NCBI GenBank assembly: GCA_910592345.1
Contig: CAJVPI010000287.1
Span: 1 to 36,618, forward strand
DNA length: 36,618 nt
Reading direction: 5' to 3'
Source: Paraglomus brasilianum
Lineage: Eukaryota
Shown here: positions 1 through 12,220 of the stretch, one piece after another
Layout of the letters: each line of letters begins with the position of its first letter
Position numbering within the stretch: position 1 is the first letter of the stretch
Program-made: the position numbers and the translations under genes
The notes under the pieces: model-generated
Told to the model about the DNA's origin: nothing
Seen by the model: only the letters and a program-made list of their open reading frames with translations
The model's database searches: none

Positions 1-444
1 GCAAATGCACCACACGGGACTACATCGGAGTATTCCACATGCAGTGCAGAAGCCATATCGAGAATAACAATGGTAAAGGCGTTTATCAGCAACCATGTAG
101 TAATTGTCGTCATACTTGGTGAATCCATGTATCATTCTATTGCGATGGTCAAGCCATGTGAAATATCTTTTGAAGTTGTTGCTATTACTATTGTGCTTGT
201 GTGTTGGAGAAAGTGAGTATATTCTGGCAAACTCACTCACAAGTGTTTGTGTGCATTCTTCGCTGTTTCCAAGGAATACCAGTATTATCTTGATATTGAA
301 GTCGTGACGACTAGCGTAATGGACGGTAGAAATTTGAGTTGGCTCTATGTAGGTTATTTTTTCGTAAGGAATCCATTTAAGTCTTGAGGATTGAACCAAG
401 TTATCAATTGCTGGATTATTAACAGTCTCTGGAACTAGTGACAT
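1..444 (-). CDS. 5' part of a Glomeromycota-type kinase-family-like protein; runs off the window's left edge
   Basis: Not in the ORF track. ATG at 444 opens 148 uninterrupted codons to position 1: MSLVPETVNNPAIDNLVQSSRLKWIPYEKITYIEPTQ...IILVFLGNSEECTQTLVSEFARIYS...IHGFTKYDDNYYMVADKRLYHCYSRYGFCTACGILRCSPVWCIC. LKWIPY and HGFTK..NYYMV resemble the LEWIPY / YGITQ..NYMMV N-lobe motifs of the expanded AM-fungal TKL kinases. Confidence 0.65.
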   Translation of the reverse strand, partial: MSLVPETVNNPAIDNLVQSSRLKWIPYEKITYIEPTQISTVHYASRHDFNIKIILVFLGNSEECTQTLVSEFARIYSLSPTHKHNSNSNNFKRYFTWLDHRNRMIHGFTKYDDNYYMVADKRLYHCYSRYGFCTACGILRCSPVWCIC

Positions 445-1289
445 CGTTTGAATAAGAAGCAATCACGGAGAGAGCTATTTATTGTGTTACATCACACAGA
501 TCGTATGACAATAGTTCGATACAAGATGTTTGTGCTTCATAATCGGCATGTTTTCGAGCCCGCTAGGACGGCTTTGACACCCGAAACGTTAAGGCGAGAT
601 TGCTTGTTATTACGTGGTGGTGTCGTTTCATTTGAATCAACTCTGTTTATTAGGCGTTGCGCAAGACACTCTCTACTAGCCATCTACTTTAAATTATCGC
701 GTGAGATAAACATATCGATGTGCAGCACATAAGCTTCCCCTGTTATATTTAGGCTACATGTATATGAAACGCGATTTATTTTTATCCGTTGTCTATCTCC
801 ACTAGTTGCAAACAACATAATAACGGAATTTGCAACCCAGAACATTCAAATTGTCGGAAAAGGGAAAGCTTACAACTCAAAGCCATAAGCTAAACATTTT
901 CTTATCTACCACAATTACGTGTATTAGTATTATTGGTTTATTTGGCATGCGTTTAGGGAAGGATGCATTTATGAAGGGTCAGCATTTTCTTGACTCAATG
1001 AACGTATTACAGTCGAATTACCTCCCACAAATAATAATAAAACGGCTCATAAACGTCCATATTGTATCGTAAGATAATGCACATAGCACATAACGCAGCG
1101 ATTTATTTTATCGTAGCAAATAATGGCATTTCATAAAGCCCATATTATATTATAAGATTGTAATGGATACATGCTTTTACCTGTTACATCATATCTGCGT
1201 AATGAGTAAACACTTTTGAGAACCACAATTTTGTATGTAAATGTGAAGTAATAAACACCATCCCATAACTACTTGTTAATCTTTACACA

Positions 1290-1767
1290 ATGTCCTTACA
1301 ACGTCAATCGAAAAAAGAATTCAATTGATAATTGATAATAAACGCGAAATTTGCGAATATGCGAAACAACAAACATTTTATTAGATCTTTGACAAAACAG
1401 AATCCTAGCACATTTCGTCAGTGTTCTGTTAAGCACCCCAAGCTGAACAAACTATGGAGTCGTGGCTATTGCGGAGGGTTTGCCTCTGTCAGATCAAATT
1501 CCTCAAGAAAAAGGCCTCGAATTTGCCAAGAGCTTTAATATTGAGGATGATGACATACGGTGCTCTAAGGAATGGATATATGAATTCAAAAAACGGATTG
1601 GTATTCACAAAATTATACTTCATGGGGAAGCAAACAGTGCGTCACTTACAGACATAGCGGAGGAGAGATTAAGGTTGCAACAGGTCTTAGCTATTTATGA
1701 CCTTAAAACATATAATAATAATGCTACTGGAACTCACAAGCTTCAACCTCTTGTGGGAAAATATTAG
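1290..1767 (+). pseudogene. Degenerate pogo/Tigger (CENP-B-like) transposase fragment
   Basis: Frameshifted pieces KREICEYAK, VKHPKL, GLPLSDQIPQEKGLEFAKSF...SKEWIYEFKKRIGIHKIILHGEANSA (CENP-B/Tc5 HTH) and NATGTHKLQPLVGK (start of the DDE_1 domain), with internal deletions. Confidence 0.8.
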
Positions 1768-2657
1768 TTCCGAACGTAGGAATAGTTTCTCATACATAAT
1801 AATAATAGCTCATAACTTTATGGTCTTCTGTTTGTCAAACACAATTAGTCTTCTATGGTTTAATGCAATCGAATATATCGGATAATTGTTTCTGCTGATA
1901 CCATTAAAAATTGCTGCTGTCGATATGGTGGATATTGATTGCAGGTTCAGAAACGAACCAAGAAGACGAGAAATATTGATACAAATTGTATCCAACTCGA
2001 CGCTCCTTAGGAATCTCTTTCTCTTTCTCTTGATCTATAGTCAATACGTCTCAAGAAGAAATACCGTGTGTAGGTAAAGATTTGGTTAGGTTTAGAAATT
2101 GTAATTAGAACAGCACAGCCTTTCATTTTAATGATTTGCGCATTTTTTGTAAATATTTGAACTTGCTCAGCCTCAAGGAAATAACGAGAGTCATAATTGT
2201 TGTATGTAATCTAGCCTGTTTCTATTTTTATAATTAATTACAAGAATATACAGACCAAAACTGTCTCTAATTATATTAATTACATTAGATTTTAACAACA
2301 CATTAACCGAGTATTACGAACACCTTTTCCTTACTCTAGTTAAGTCTGCAGTGAACCAACGTTAACTAATTATTTAATGACGTAGTAGATACCTAAATAT
2401 ATTACACCTCCGATTCTAATGCTCATATCGATATTAATTAATATCTGGAGATCTTTAAAAGTATTACCAAGTCTGGCTGGCACAGCGTTAGCAAAAAGGG
2501 CTTTTTGACTTCAAAAAATTATCTATATAATAATAATAGTAATAAAGACATACATTAGCTTAATTTTGGACTGGTCACCATTGATTGGACATTCAATACA
2601 ACAAGGTCAAAAATTTGTTGTGTTGGACAAACTAAAACGTCGTTCAGTGGTGATAAG

Positions 2658-3239
2658 ATGCAAGCAACTCGGTGCTTGCTGAATGTGACAAAGAAAGTAA
2701 ATATTCTACGTTATATTTTTTGCACGATGAAAGAGTGCGACATTCTTCTTGGAATGTTGTACGCTAATACATTATCAAACTAGACTACAGGGATTTTTGG
2801 CCTTCCTGTTCACCCCAATCCTCGGCCTCACTTAATCAAAACCTACAATGACACTCTTGCTGCTTTATCTCGCTTACCAACCGTAGCCGTTTACCGACAA
2901 GCCACTGAGGCTTTGACAAAGCACAGACTTTCTATAATAGAATCCACTGAGAATATTTCCGAGATTGAAGAAAAAATAGATGGTGGCCAGATCGAGCAGA
3001 TTATCACGCAAGCCGAAGATGAACTGCGATTAGTGGCAAAAGTGGAAGAATGGAAGCCGTAAGTTGAGCCTGAATTGGGAGGAAATATGTGATAGGCACA
3101 GTTGGCACAGTTGGCACAGTTGGCACAGTTGGCACAGTCGGTTGCTTTGTATTAATAATTTGTTATCCTTCACAGATGGGAGCCACTTCAAGAGCCTCCA
3201 CCCAAGGGTCAATGGGATTACAGCATGTTCAAAGGATAA
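2658..3239 (+). CDS. NDUFA5: NADH:ubiquinone oxidoreductase subunit A5 (B13); 3 exons: 2658-2696, 2784-3058, 3176-3239
   Basis: Spliced product MQATRCLLNVTKK|TTGIFGLPVHPNPRPHLIKTY...AVYRQATEALTKHRL...IEEKIDGGQIEQIITQAEDELRLVAKVEEWKP|WEPLQEPPPKGQWDYSMFKG*. Both introns are GT-AG and keep the frame. Confidence 0.93.
3095..3139. repeat. 9-bp tandem repeat (GGCACAGTT)x5 in NDUFA5 intron 2
   Basis: Five consecutive units read directly; the last ends in C. Confidence 0.95.
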
Positions 3240-3412
3240 AGTGAATGTACTATATATATAATTTTATTGTCACAGAGTTTAAATATTATACTGGTTTGTG
3301 GGCGGAAATACAAATAAACTAATGTTGACTTATCGATACCATTCTCAGGAGCAATTTGAATACACACACTCAGTTCACTACTTTACATAATTAGATTCCC
3401 GAGACAACTGCC

Positions 3413-4594
3413 TTAGTGGAAAAGCTTGGCATAGACAACGAATAGAATCAAAGCGACGAGGATTATAATGATTATAATTGTAATGGCACGACTCGTTGCC
3501 ATTCTGTATTGGAACGGTAAAGAATAAATGAGAATCGGAGTTTGAACGTGATAATATGATAGCATGCTATTCAGTACATTACCGTCTTGTCATAGTCCTC
3601 AGAGTACGCGAAGCTTTATCGATATACGAATCTGCTTCAGTCAGCTGGTAAACGAATATCACACAAATTAGACATGATGAGCATGAACGAAAAACGAATG
3701 ATTGTTAAAATGACGTAACATACAGTGGTTTGCGTATGTAGAATCTGTTCTCGTTGTCTACGAAGATCGTCTAATACGCTTGCCCCGACAGTCTCTGTAA
3801 ATGATCGAAAGCCGAGTTTAGATACTATCAACCTTTGAAATTAACGAGTCCGTCTAGACAAGTAAACCCACCAGTTTCTAAAGCAACCCGATGACTCTCT
3901 TGTAATCGAAGACTACTTTCAGTAAGACGTTCGGTTCCCATTAGTAGACGCGCGCGCTGATCTACAGCAGCACTATCAAGATCAGTACCGTTACGTGCAG
4001 ATAGTAACTGTTCACGATCTGTTGGACCCGGCGCTCGAGACGCGGCCATTTTCTAGCAATAAACAGAGCACATTTTGTGTGAAAAATCGAATGTCTTTGG
4101 TCTGTAGGGTGTCATTAAATTTAAATGCGTGAGAGCAATCTATCTTACCACATCTCGTTTTAAGTTTTCTAGATCACTCTTATGGGTTTTCAATCTGGCT
4201 TGCAGTCGTGAGCGGGAAGCTGACGGCATGTTTATAATCTCAATGTCCATTTGTGAAAACTGTCAAAGAAAATTTTTCAACATTGTGTTCACAGACAGTA
4301 ATTTACGAGATTAACGGTATTAATAAACATACGATTTCAGTCGCCTCATCGATCTCACGGTCAATAGCTCGAAGCGTGACTTTTCTCTCTTCTGCAAGTA
4401 TAACAAACATAGCAACTTGTAGTTACAGCAATGTTTTCAGAGGAGTTCATTACAACCTATACAAGCATATAATATTATACACCTCCAGATTGAGTCGGAA
4501 TGTTATTGATTTTCTGATTGATAGAGTTGTAGAGCAGCTTGAAGTCTTGCTCATACGATTCGAATAACTCTGAGCCAGCGGCACTGCTTGCCAT
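3413..4594 (-). CDS. VTI1: Qb-SNARE Vti1, 7 exons
   Basis: MASSAAGSELFESYEQDF...EIDEATEI|FSQMDIEIINMPSASRSRLQARLKTHKSDLENLKRDV|...DQRARLLMGTERLTESSLRLQESHRVALET|ETVGASVLDDLRRQREQILHT|...ADSYIDKASRTLRTMTRR|MATSRAITIIIIILVALILFVVYAKLFH*. Habc domain, SNARE motif and C-terminal TM anchor; GT-AG introns. Confidence 0.93.
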
Positions 4595-4732
4595 TTTTTC
4601 TTCAATTGCGAGAGGGAAACTATGTGTGTAAGTTAAACAAAACCTATTGTTATTGCAGGGCTTTTACATGCAGTCTCGGTGAAACCAAGACCCGATTATT
4701 GATGAATGTTAATATTAATATTGAGAATGGTG

Positions 4733-4741
4733 GTCACGTGA
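4733..4741. promoter_or_regulatory. GTCACGTGA bHLH E-box (Cbf1-type) in the 266-bp divergent VTI1/formin intergenic region
   Basis: Exact RTCACGTG motif roughly midway between the ATGs at 4594(-) and 4861(+). Function is inferred only. Confidence 0.3.
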
Positions 4742-4860
4742 ATGAACAGGGTAGAAAACTGGTCCATACGGAGAAACAATACTTTCAGACAAAGTTCAAT
4801 GGTGGTGGCTTCAATCACTCACTAATCTCTAATCATTCCCCTTTCATACTATATCGAAGC

Positions 4861-7800
4861 ATGGCACACCACTTATTTGGAAAGAAGAAAAAGCCCAAGA
4901 ATCCGATCGACGTCAACCCTCCTGTTCCATACTCAAGCGTAAAACCGCCGGCGGTGCAGTCACCAGGTTATACCTCTCACTTAGTGTCTAGTAATGTCTA
5001 CCCAGGGTACTCTCAATATGTACAACCAACACATTCGAATTCTCCACCACCGTCACGACAAAACACACAGCCATATCAAGGTGTATCCTCCTTTCCACAA
5101 CCTCAACCATATCAATCACCGCCTATTGCTCCACAGCAGTCTACGTATTATCCGTATTCGCAGCAACCACAACAACCACAACAGCCACAACAACCACAAC
5201 AACCACAACAACCATACCAACAACCATACCAACAACCATACCAACAACCACAATCGCCTGGAACACACCATTATTATAGTGAGCATCTGAGACGAGGTTC
5301 CGTAGAGCACAATACGTATAATGATGGAGGGTCATATCCATTTCCTGATGTCGGTACTACGTCGAAACATTCGTCTGATGGTTCAGTGTGGTCATCTGGG
5401 AGTGATGCACGGAATAGCAATGATGGTAAAGATATGGGTCATGCGAAGCACCGTAGTTTTCAAAGACAGGATTCGCTCGCCACGCCCTCTGATGCTGAGA
5501 TTGAGCGCATGTTCTTGGAATTAATGGTATGATTGCATTTTATAGAAACAAAATTATTTGTGTGGTTCCATGATTTTTATTAGCTACATGTTTCATATCC
5601 TATTTTATCGTTGTAGAATAATCGAGATTTGAAGAACTTGTCCGAGGCGCAACGGAAACAGATGTTAGCAATATCTACGGATAAGAAATGGGTGCTAGTC
5701 AAGCAAGATATGTTGCAAAAACCAACGCAGATTGGCCATCATCAAGATAAAAAAGCACCTGAATATTATATCAGAAAGATAATGGAGAATGCAGCCACTG
5801 TCAAAATGATGAACTCGCTCAGTGTCTCACTAAGAACAGCTCCCATTACGTAAGTAGAATGGGAAACTATGTCATTTTTATACTAAGACATAATACAGAT
5901 CAGTTATTATGTATTGGATATTTAATATCAAACATCTGTCAAAATGTTTTTACGGGTTATTTTTATGAATAATTCAGTGGAGGCACCTTTTAACCGTTTT
6001 TTTGAATATTATTTATAGGTGGGTGAAATTGTTTATTGAAGCAAAGGGAACCGAAGTACTGGCGAACTTACTCAACACAATCACGCGAAAAGCCGTAAAG
6101 TGAGTTTTTAATATATATAATTCGCTTACTAGTTTTTGTTGAAAGAAGAAATAATAACAATTAATTCCGTTTATGTTAGGCGGGAGGGCGATCTACAAAT
6201 GGAATATGAAATTGTCAAATGTTTCAAAGCACTACTCAACAATAAAGTAAGTAAACGGTTATCTCGAATCATTCTGCATTTATTTTCTTCCTTCTTTTAT
6301 AACTCATTATGACGAATAATACTTTTGTTAACAGTATGGCGCTCAGGAAACCCTAACACATCCGCTCTGTGTATACGCGCTTACCTTCTCAATTGCTTCT
6401 CCTCAAATAACAACACGAAAATTAGTGGCAGAAATACTTTCGTTTATATGTATTTATGATAAAGTTGAAGGACATCCGCTTGTACTCCAGGGATTCGATC
6501 AACTAGCAAAGTTCCAAGCCGAACAAGGTAGATTTGACGTTTGGATTAGAATGTTGGAGAATGCAATCGATGGAAGAGGACGAATGGGCAGCTTGGTCAA
6601 CGCTAGCGACGAATTCAGAAAAGGAGGCATCGGTTTTGACAGTACATTGATGGATTATGCGGTATGCTTAATGAAATCAACGAGTAGCGTAAATTTCGCT
6701 GTCAACCATTAATTCAGGGTTTTTATTGTTTAGGTTGCATCTATGATTTTGGTGAACGCAATAATTGGTGTTTGTGATGATGTGGAGCGTCGCGTTGACC
6801 TACGCAATCAACTTCATGCGTGCGGATTGTCCCGCATTATCGAAGTAAGTCGCAAGGGAGAAGCATCCCGAATGTATTATAATTTTTCGAAGTTTATAAA
6901 TTGAATTGCATGAGCTGATATTAATGGAAGTAATACTATTATTAGAAAATGAAACCGTTTAATTATGAGCTTATAAACATACAAATAAAAAAGTTCGAAG
7001 ATGAAAGCGAACAGGATTATGACGAAGTGTTGTACTATTACAATAACCAGATACTACAGGACATGACATATCCTTACTTACAATTTGCTGCGTTTTACAA
7101 CATTATATATTTGCTATCTTATATTATCTCCTTAACTCATTATTACTAACCCTCACGATATATTCAATTGTATCGTTGAATCTGTTAAGGGAACAAAAGC
7201 ATACGACTTCTTCTTGTCAGCAATGCAGCATATGTTGCTAATTAGAGAAGATGGAGAGACAAGGACACGATACTTTCAGTTAATAGATTCACTGATTTCG
7301 CAGGTTGTTCTCGACAGAAGGGGTGGTGGGCAAGATTTGAGTCAGACACTAGGCGTGGCAGTCTCACAGGTGGTCAATCAGCTAGCGGATCAAGAAAGAT
7401 TGGAAGCCGCTCTAGAAGAGGCGAAAGAGGCTAAATCAGTTGCCGAGAAAGCTCTAAAGGATAAACATGATTTACAAATGGAACTTTCAAGGGGTGCAGG
7501 TAAGAGAAACCAACTTTTCGTATGAAATGAAACGACATGCATATTTAACTATATTTTGTTAATACATAGATGGAATGGTTGGTGATCTAAAGGCGAAAGT
7601 CAATTCATTGGAACAGTTGCTCGTTATGTCACGAAATACCGTTGATCTACTGCAAAATACCCTTGCTGATATGGAAGCAAGTTACAATGAGAAATTACGT
7701 GAGCAAGATATGCAACTACGTGAGCTTGAGAATACTTTGAACGAATCATATCAAAAGGCCACTTCGGATGATACTTCTGTACTTGATAAACAAGAAATTA

Positions 7801-10800
7801 TTCAAAGATTGGAGAGAATGCAACAAATTGCAAAGACAGAGGCCAGATTGGAAGGACGCAAAGTCTGGACACCAGCATGGGTTGGAGATTTTAGAGTATG
7901 TAATATCGTGACCTGCACTCTTGTCGGTTGAATAGACATGTGATACTTATAGTTTTCTTTTGGTTTTCATGACAATCAGATGCCCAATCATCATGACTAC
8001 AGATTAAGCACATCAACGACCGACACTGGCTATATGTCTGGTTCGCCCAGCATAGTTTCGAGTGGACAGCCAAGCCAGCAGTTTGATCAACAATTTCCAA
8101 TTCCTCTAAACGATTCGCGTCCATCACCTGGTGGCTTCAGTGGTGGCTTCAGATTGCCCGATCAAGGTCCGCCACAATTTCCAAGTGGTCTATTGACTGC
8201 AATTCAGCAACGCCGTCACGATTCAGTAGATGGTATTGACATGTCCGACAGCCACGATAGCATCCCAGCTGGCGAGGCCATAGCATCTCCTACGAGAAAG
8301 TCTTCGGTATACAATAACGGTAAACCATCATCTACGAAAACTGATTCCGGACCAACCTCACCAACTGTTACAGATGCCTTGCCAATAAAGGACGTTTCAG
8401 ACGCTGGCTCTGCTCTTCAGTCATCCAAGACACCAACGACCGAATCCAACATTCCGTTACCACCGCCGCCTCCACCAGTGAAAGGTGTCATTAATGAAGC
8501 TAGTCAGGAAAGTACTCAAGGTCAGTCTGGTGGAGCCCCGCCTCCGCCCCCTCCTCCTCCTCCGCCTGTGCAAGGTGGAGCTCCTCCTCCTCCCCCGCCA
8601 CCTCCTCCGCCTGTGAAGGGTGGAGCTCCTCCTCCCCCCCCACCACCGCCACCGCCTGTTAAAGGTGGGATTCCTGCACCGCCACCACCACCACCTCCGC
8701 CTGGTAAAGGTGGGGCACCTGCACCACCACCACCACCTCCTCCACCGCCTGGTAAAGGTGGGGCTCCTGCACCGCCACCACCACCACCATCCGGCGCCGC
8801 GCCTTTCCGTGGCTCTAATGGTATGTGATGTTTCTAGTTGCTCAATTACGCTTACAGAATAAGTGCTTACTCTAACATTTTCTGTTGATTCATTAAACCC
8901 AGTTGTTGTAAATCGTCGAAATGACCTTCCTATTTCTGCAAAGAAAAAATTAAAACAATTGCAGTGGGAAAAGATAAATCAATTGTCAATTAACAATACT
9001 ATTTGGAGCAAGCGTATGTACGAAGATGAACAACTCTTAATGTTGCTTGGTGGTCAAGATGGTGTGTTTATGACGATTGAGGAACTATTTGCTGCTAGAG
9101 AGATTGCGTTGAGAAGTAAGTGCTTGACAAGCAGTTCACTCGAATGTTCATGCGAGTACGGTCGTGTATAAAATTTTGTATCATTTTACAGAGAAGAAAG
9201 CCGAAAAAAAGCAAGAAATCAGTGTGTTAGATTCCAGACGTGCATACAATATTAGTAAGTCATGCGCTTTGTTGATGTACAACGTAAATTCATGGCTGGT
9301 AAAATACTCAATAATTAGCTTATTACAGATCTCATTCTCGGCCGGTATAAGACCATGCCATTTGAAGAAATACATAAAAAGATTATTGAAATGGACGAAC
9401 TGTTTTGCACTGAAAATCTTCTGGGACAGTTTATGCAATATATTCCCACTGCGGATGAGGTTTGTTGGAAGTGTGAAAGTATTTGCTGCAAATTAGATTG
9501 TATGTTAAATATAATTGATTATTAGCGAGGAAAGCTGGCCGTGTATAAGGATGGTACAGAGGACGTTCTCGAAAACTTAGCTAGAGCCGATAGGTTCTTC
9601 GTTGAGGTACAATTTCAGTTGTCAGTTAAAGTCATACATGATTTTGTTTTCTTGTCTGTATAACAAGATGTTTTATTGCAGACTATGAAAATCCATCGAT
9701 ATGAGCAACGACTTAAGTTTATGTATTTCTATCGTACGTTTGATGAAAGATTTAATGACCTTGAACAGGTATGAAATAATGACGTTAAATTATCGGTTTT
9801 AAACAAATCATTTTAACTTAAAATTTCTCAGGGCGTTACCATCATTTGGGAAGCTTCCAAAGCTCTTAAAAAGGCTACGCGATTCAGGGAGTTGCTTGAC
9901 GTGAGTCGAATTGTAGTCCCATACGCTTATTCAAGTATTTAAATTTAATACGTTTTATTTGCCATTATTTTAGCTCATTTTACTTCTTGGCAACTATATG
10001 AATGGAAGCGGCATGAAGGGTGGGGCGTTCGGTTTTAAGATTGCAAGCATAAACAAGGTTAGTCAATTGATGTATTTCAAACTGGTAGAAAATGGCGTCC
10101 CCTAACATTTTATAATTTGTAAATTATAGCTCGTAGACACTAAGGCATCTACCAGTTCATCAACGACTTTACTCCATTTCCTAACAAGTATTGTTGATGA
10201 GCGACTACCAGAAGTCTATACATTTGTCGATGAGCTCAAAGACTGTGGGCCTGCTTGTCGAGGTATTAATCAAGTTGTGGGGTCTAACATTACATGGCTT
10301 TATATTCGATTATATAACCTTTTTTTGTTCTCCATTTTTCAGTCTCGTTACAAGAATTATCAACCGAGTACCGTACTATGGGTATTAAATTAAACGATCT
10401 TTCAGTGGAGCTTGAGAAACATTTTAATTCCGACGTTGAGCTTGAACCAAATGACAGATTCCCGATGGTTATTAGTGGCTTTATTGATAAATCACGCGTT
10501 AAATTCGAGAAGCTCAAATTAGCATATACATCTATGGAAGTTGAATATAAGGCCATTGTTGCATTCTTTGGCGAAGATCCAAACTCGACCAAGCCGGACG
10601 AGTTCTTTAGCATATTCAAAACCTTTACTGCCTCATTCGAGAAAGCAAGATTGGATCTCAAGAAACAAAAGGACCTTGAAACTAGGAGGAAGAAGAGGGA
10701 ATCGGTATGTTCACTATATATAACGCTACAAATTCTATTGTCTTCATTTTTGTGATAAAGTCAAATGTTTTACTAAAACTGCGACGTTTTACTACTGCAG

Positions 10801-11076
10801 GAGATATCTAAGAAGAAGGACGAAAACAAGAAACAAGGGACAGTTACCGATGACAGTGAGGCGGAGCAACACCTTGTTGATAATATCTTGGAATCTCTAA
10901 AGAATGGCAAAGATCTTGGCACGAGAAACAGAAGGCAAAGAGCTGGCCGGGAACGTGTCGAGCGTAGTATGTCAGTTGTACTGAAGGCTGAAGATATACT
11001 CAGTAGACTCAAAGAAGAAGCACCTCCGATTCCAAAGATGTCAGAGACAATTCCATCAGAAATTACTGCTGAATAG
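4861..11076 (+). CDS. Diaphanous-related formin (SepA/Bni1-like): GBD/FH3, coiled coil, FH1, FH2, DAD; about 20 exons
   Basis: GBD/DID motifs (SLSVSLRTAPITWVKLF, EYEIVKCFKALLNNKYG, DGRGRMGSLVNASDEFRKGG), poly-Pro FH1 at ~8455-8795, FH2 motifs (KKLKQLQWEKI, LGNYMNG..GGAFGFKIASINKLVDTK, FFGEDP...PDEFFSIF) and DAD (LVDNILESLKNG...RNRRQR). 18 GT-AG introns plus one AT-AC intron keep the frame. Confidence 0.95.
5161..5253 (+). repeat. Coding tandem repeats (PQQ)n and (PYQQ)n in the formin N-terminus
   Basis: CAACCACAA 9-mers followed by three CAACCATACCAA 12-mers. Confidence 0.9.
7068..7146 (+). other. U12-type (minor spliceosome) AT-AC intron in the formin gene, 79 nt, phase 2
   Basis: Donor ATATCCTT (7068-7075), branch point TCCTTAAC (7129-7136), terminal AC (7145-7146). 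Removal restores ILQDMT|NPHDIFNCIVESVKGTKAYDFFLSAMQH in frame. Confidence 0.92.
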
Positions 11077-12220
11077 ATCTCGTAGTCCAGACATTCGTCT
11101 AACGATATTTATTTGGATGACACTCTTTGTGGATATTTTTAGACATTGATATTTTACATTTATACTTCTATTATTCATATTACGTATTAGCATTATATAT
11201 TAGTATTGGTCTTCTAAATTTGATACACAATCCCTTATTATGTACAGTTCTATACCATCATTATCATTATCATTGTTGTTATTTAAAAAATCACCTCAAA
11301 ACAGCGCTTGGAAATTTAATTTGACATTATGTATTCTACAACTTAGAAATTATTATTAAACTACAACACGTATTTTGGATTAATAGTTGGCTATCAAAAT
11401 CTAATAAAGGTGCTGGGGAGATTAAGATAAAGAATTACATCAATTCTTTGGGAAAACGTGTTTACCTTAAGAATTCCTATATGTCAGTAAATATGATAAT
11501 AAAGTAGGGGTAAGAAGATCTGTGGCGCTCGACGATTACGAACCTGAATTTTGTTTGTGGCGTTATACACACTAGCCCCATATTAATATCATATGTTATG
11601 GATAACTATCGCGAGGAACTTTTATTTATGTTATGGATAACAGAACAACATGTTATGATAGACAATAAACGTGATAACGCTAAGACCAAGAACAGCTGAT
11701 TATCAGCGAGTCGAATAGGTTAGGTTAAAGTCCTTTTTATTAAGGATGTTTAAGACGTATATCGTAATGCCAAGTAACGCTAAGCAGTATTACACAATGA
11801 CCCCAGTTTTAATCATCACCAATTTTAAATTACGCTTTGGGAAAATGGTTTTCGCACGAAATCCCACTGCTGGACAGTTATAATCAATTCCCTTCCATTT
11901 TTGTCATTCGAAATTCCATCAGTATGACCGTTTTCACTAATTTAGGTAATGATTTACCAATGACATTGTTTGTGAACGCATAAGCATATGCTTCCCCAAA
12001 AAGTGGTGAAATTTCGTGTTGAACTTGGCGCTATTGACGGGCGCGTCAAAGTAAATGAAGATTGCAAACAGGGGAGCAATCGATTTTCCGAACGCTGATT
12101 GGATTCATTGGACTTTACTGGACTTTATTGGAGTTCCTGGAAAGATCCGTACTATTTATACACACAAATGGCAAATTTAAAAACCTCTTGACCAAAACGT
12201 CAGTAATAAACAAAAAAAAA

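Noticed and set aside
1790..2200. Short ORFs on both strands
   Set aside because: No recognisable motif or consistent splice structure.
3030..3261. ORFs with HSW / LCQ repeats
   Set aside because: Translations of the intronic 9-bp repeat in NDUFA5.
4588..4860. N-terminal extension of the 314-aa formin ORF
   Set aside because: Starts at a TTG overlapping the VTI1 start; ATG 4861 (MAHHLFGKKKK) is the more plausible eukaryotic start.
4994..5341. His/Asn-rich and Leu/Trp/Val-rich short ORFs
   Set aside because: Shadow frames of the formin PQQ/PYQQ repeats.
8620..8862. His-rich ORF
   Set aside because: Shadow frame of the FH1 poly-proline repeats.
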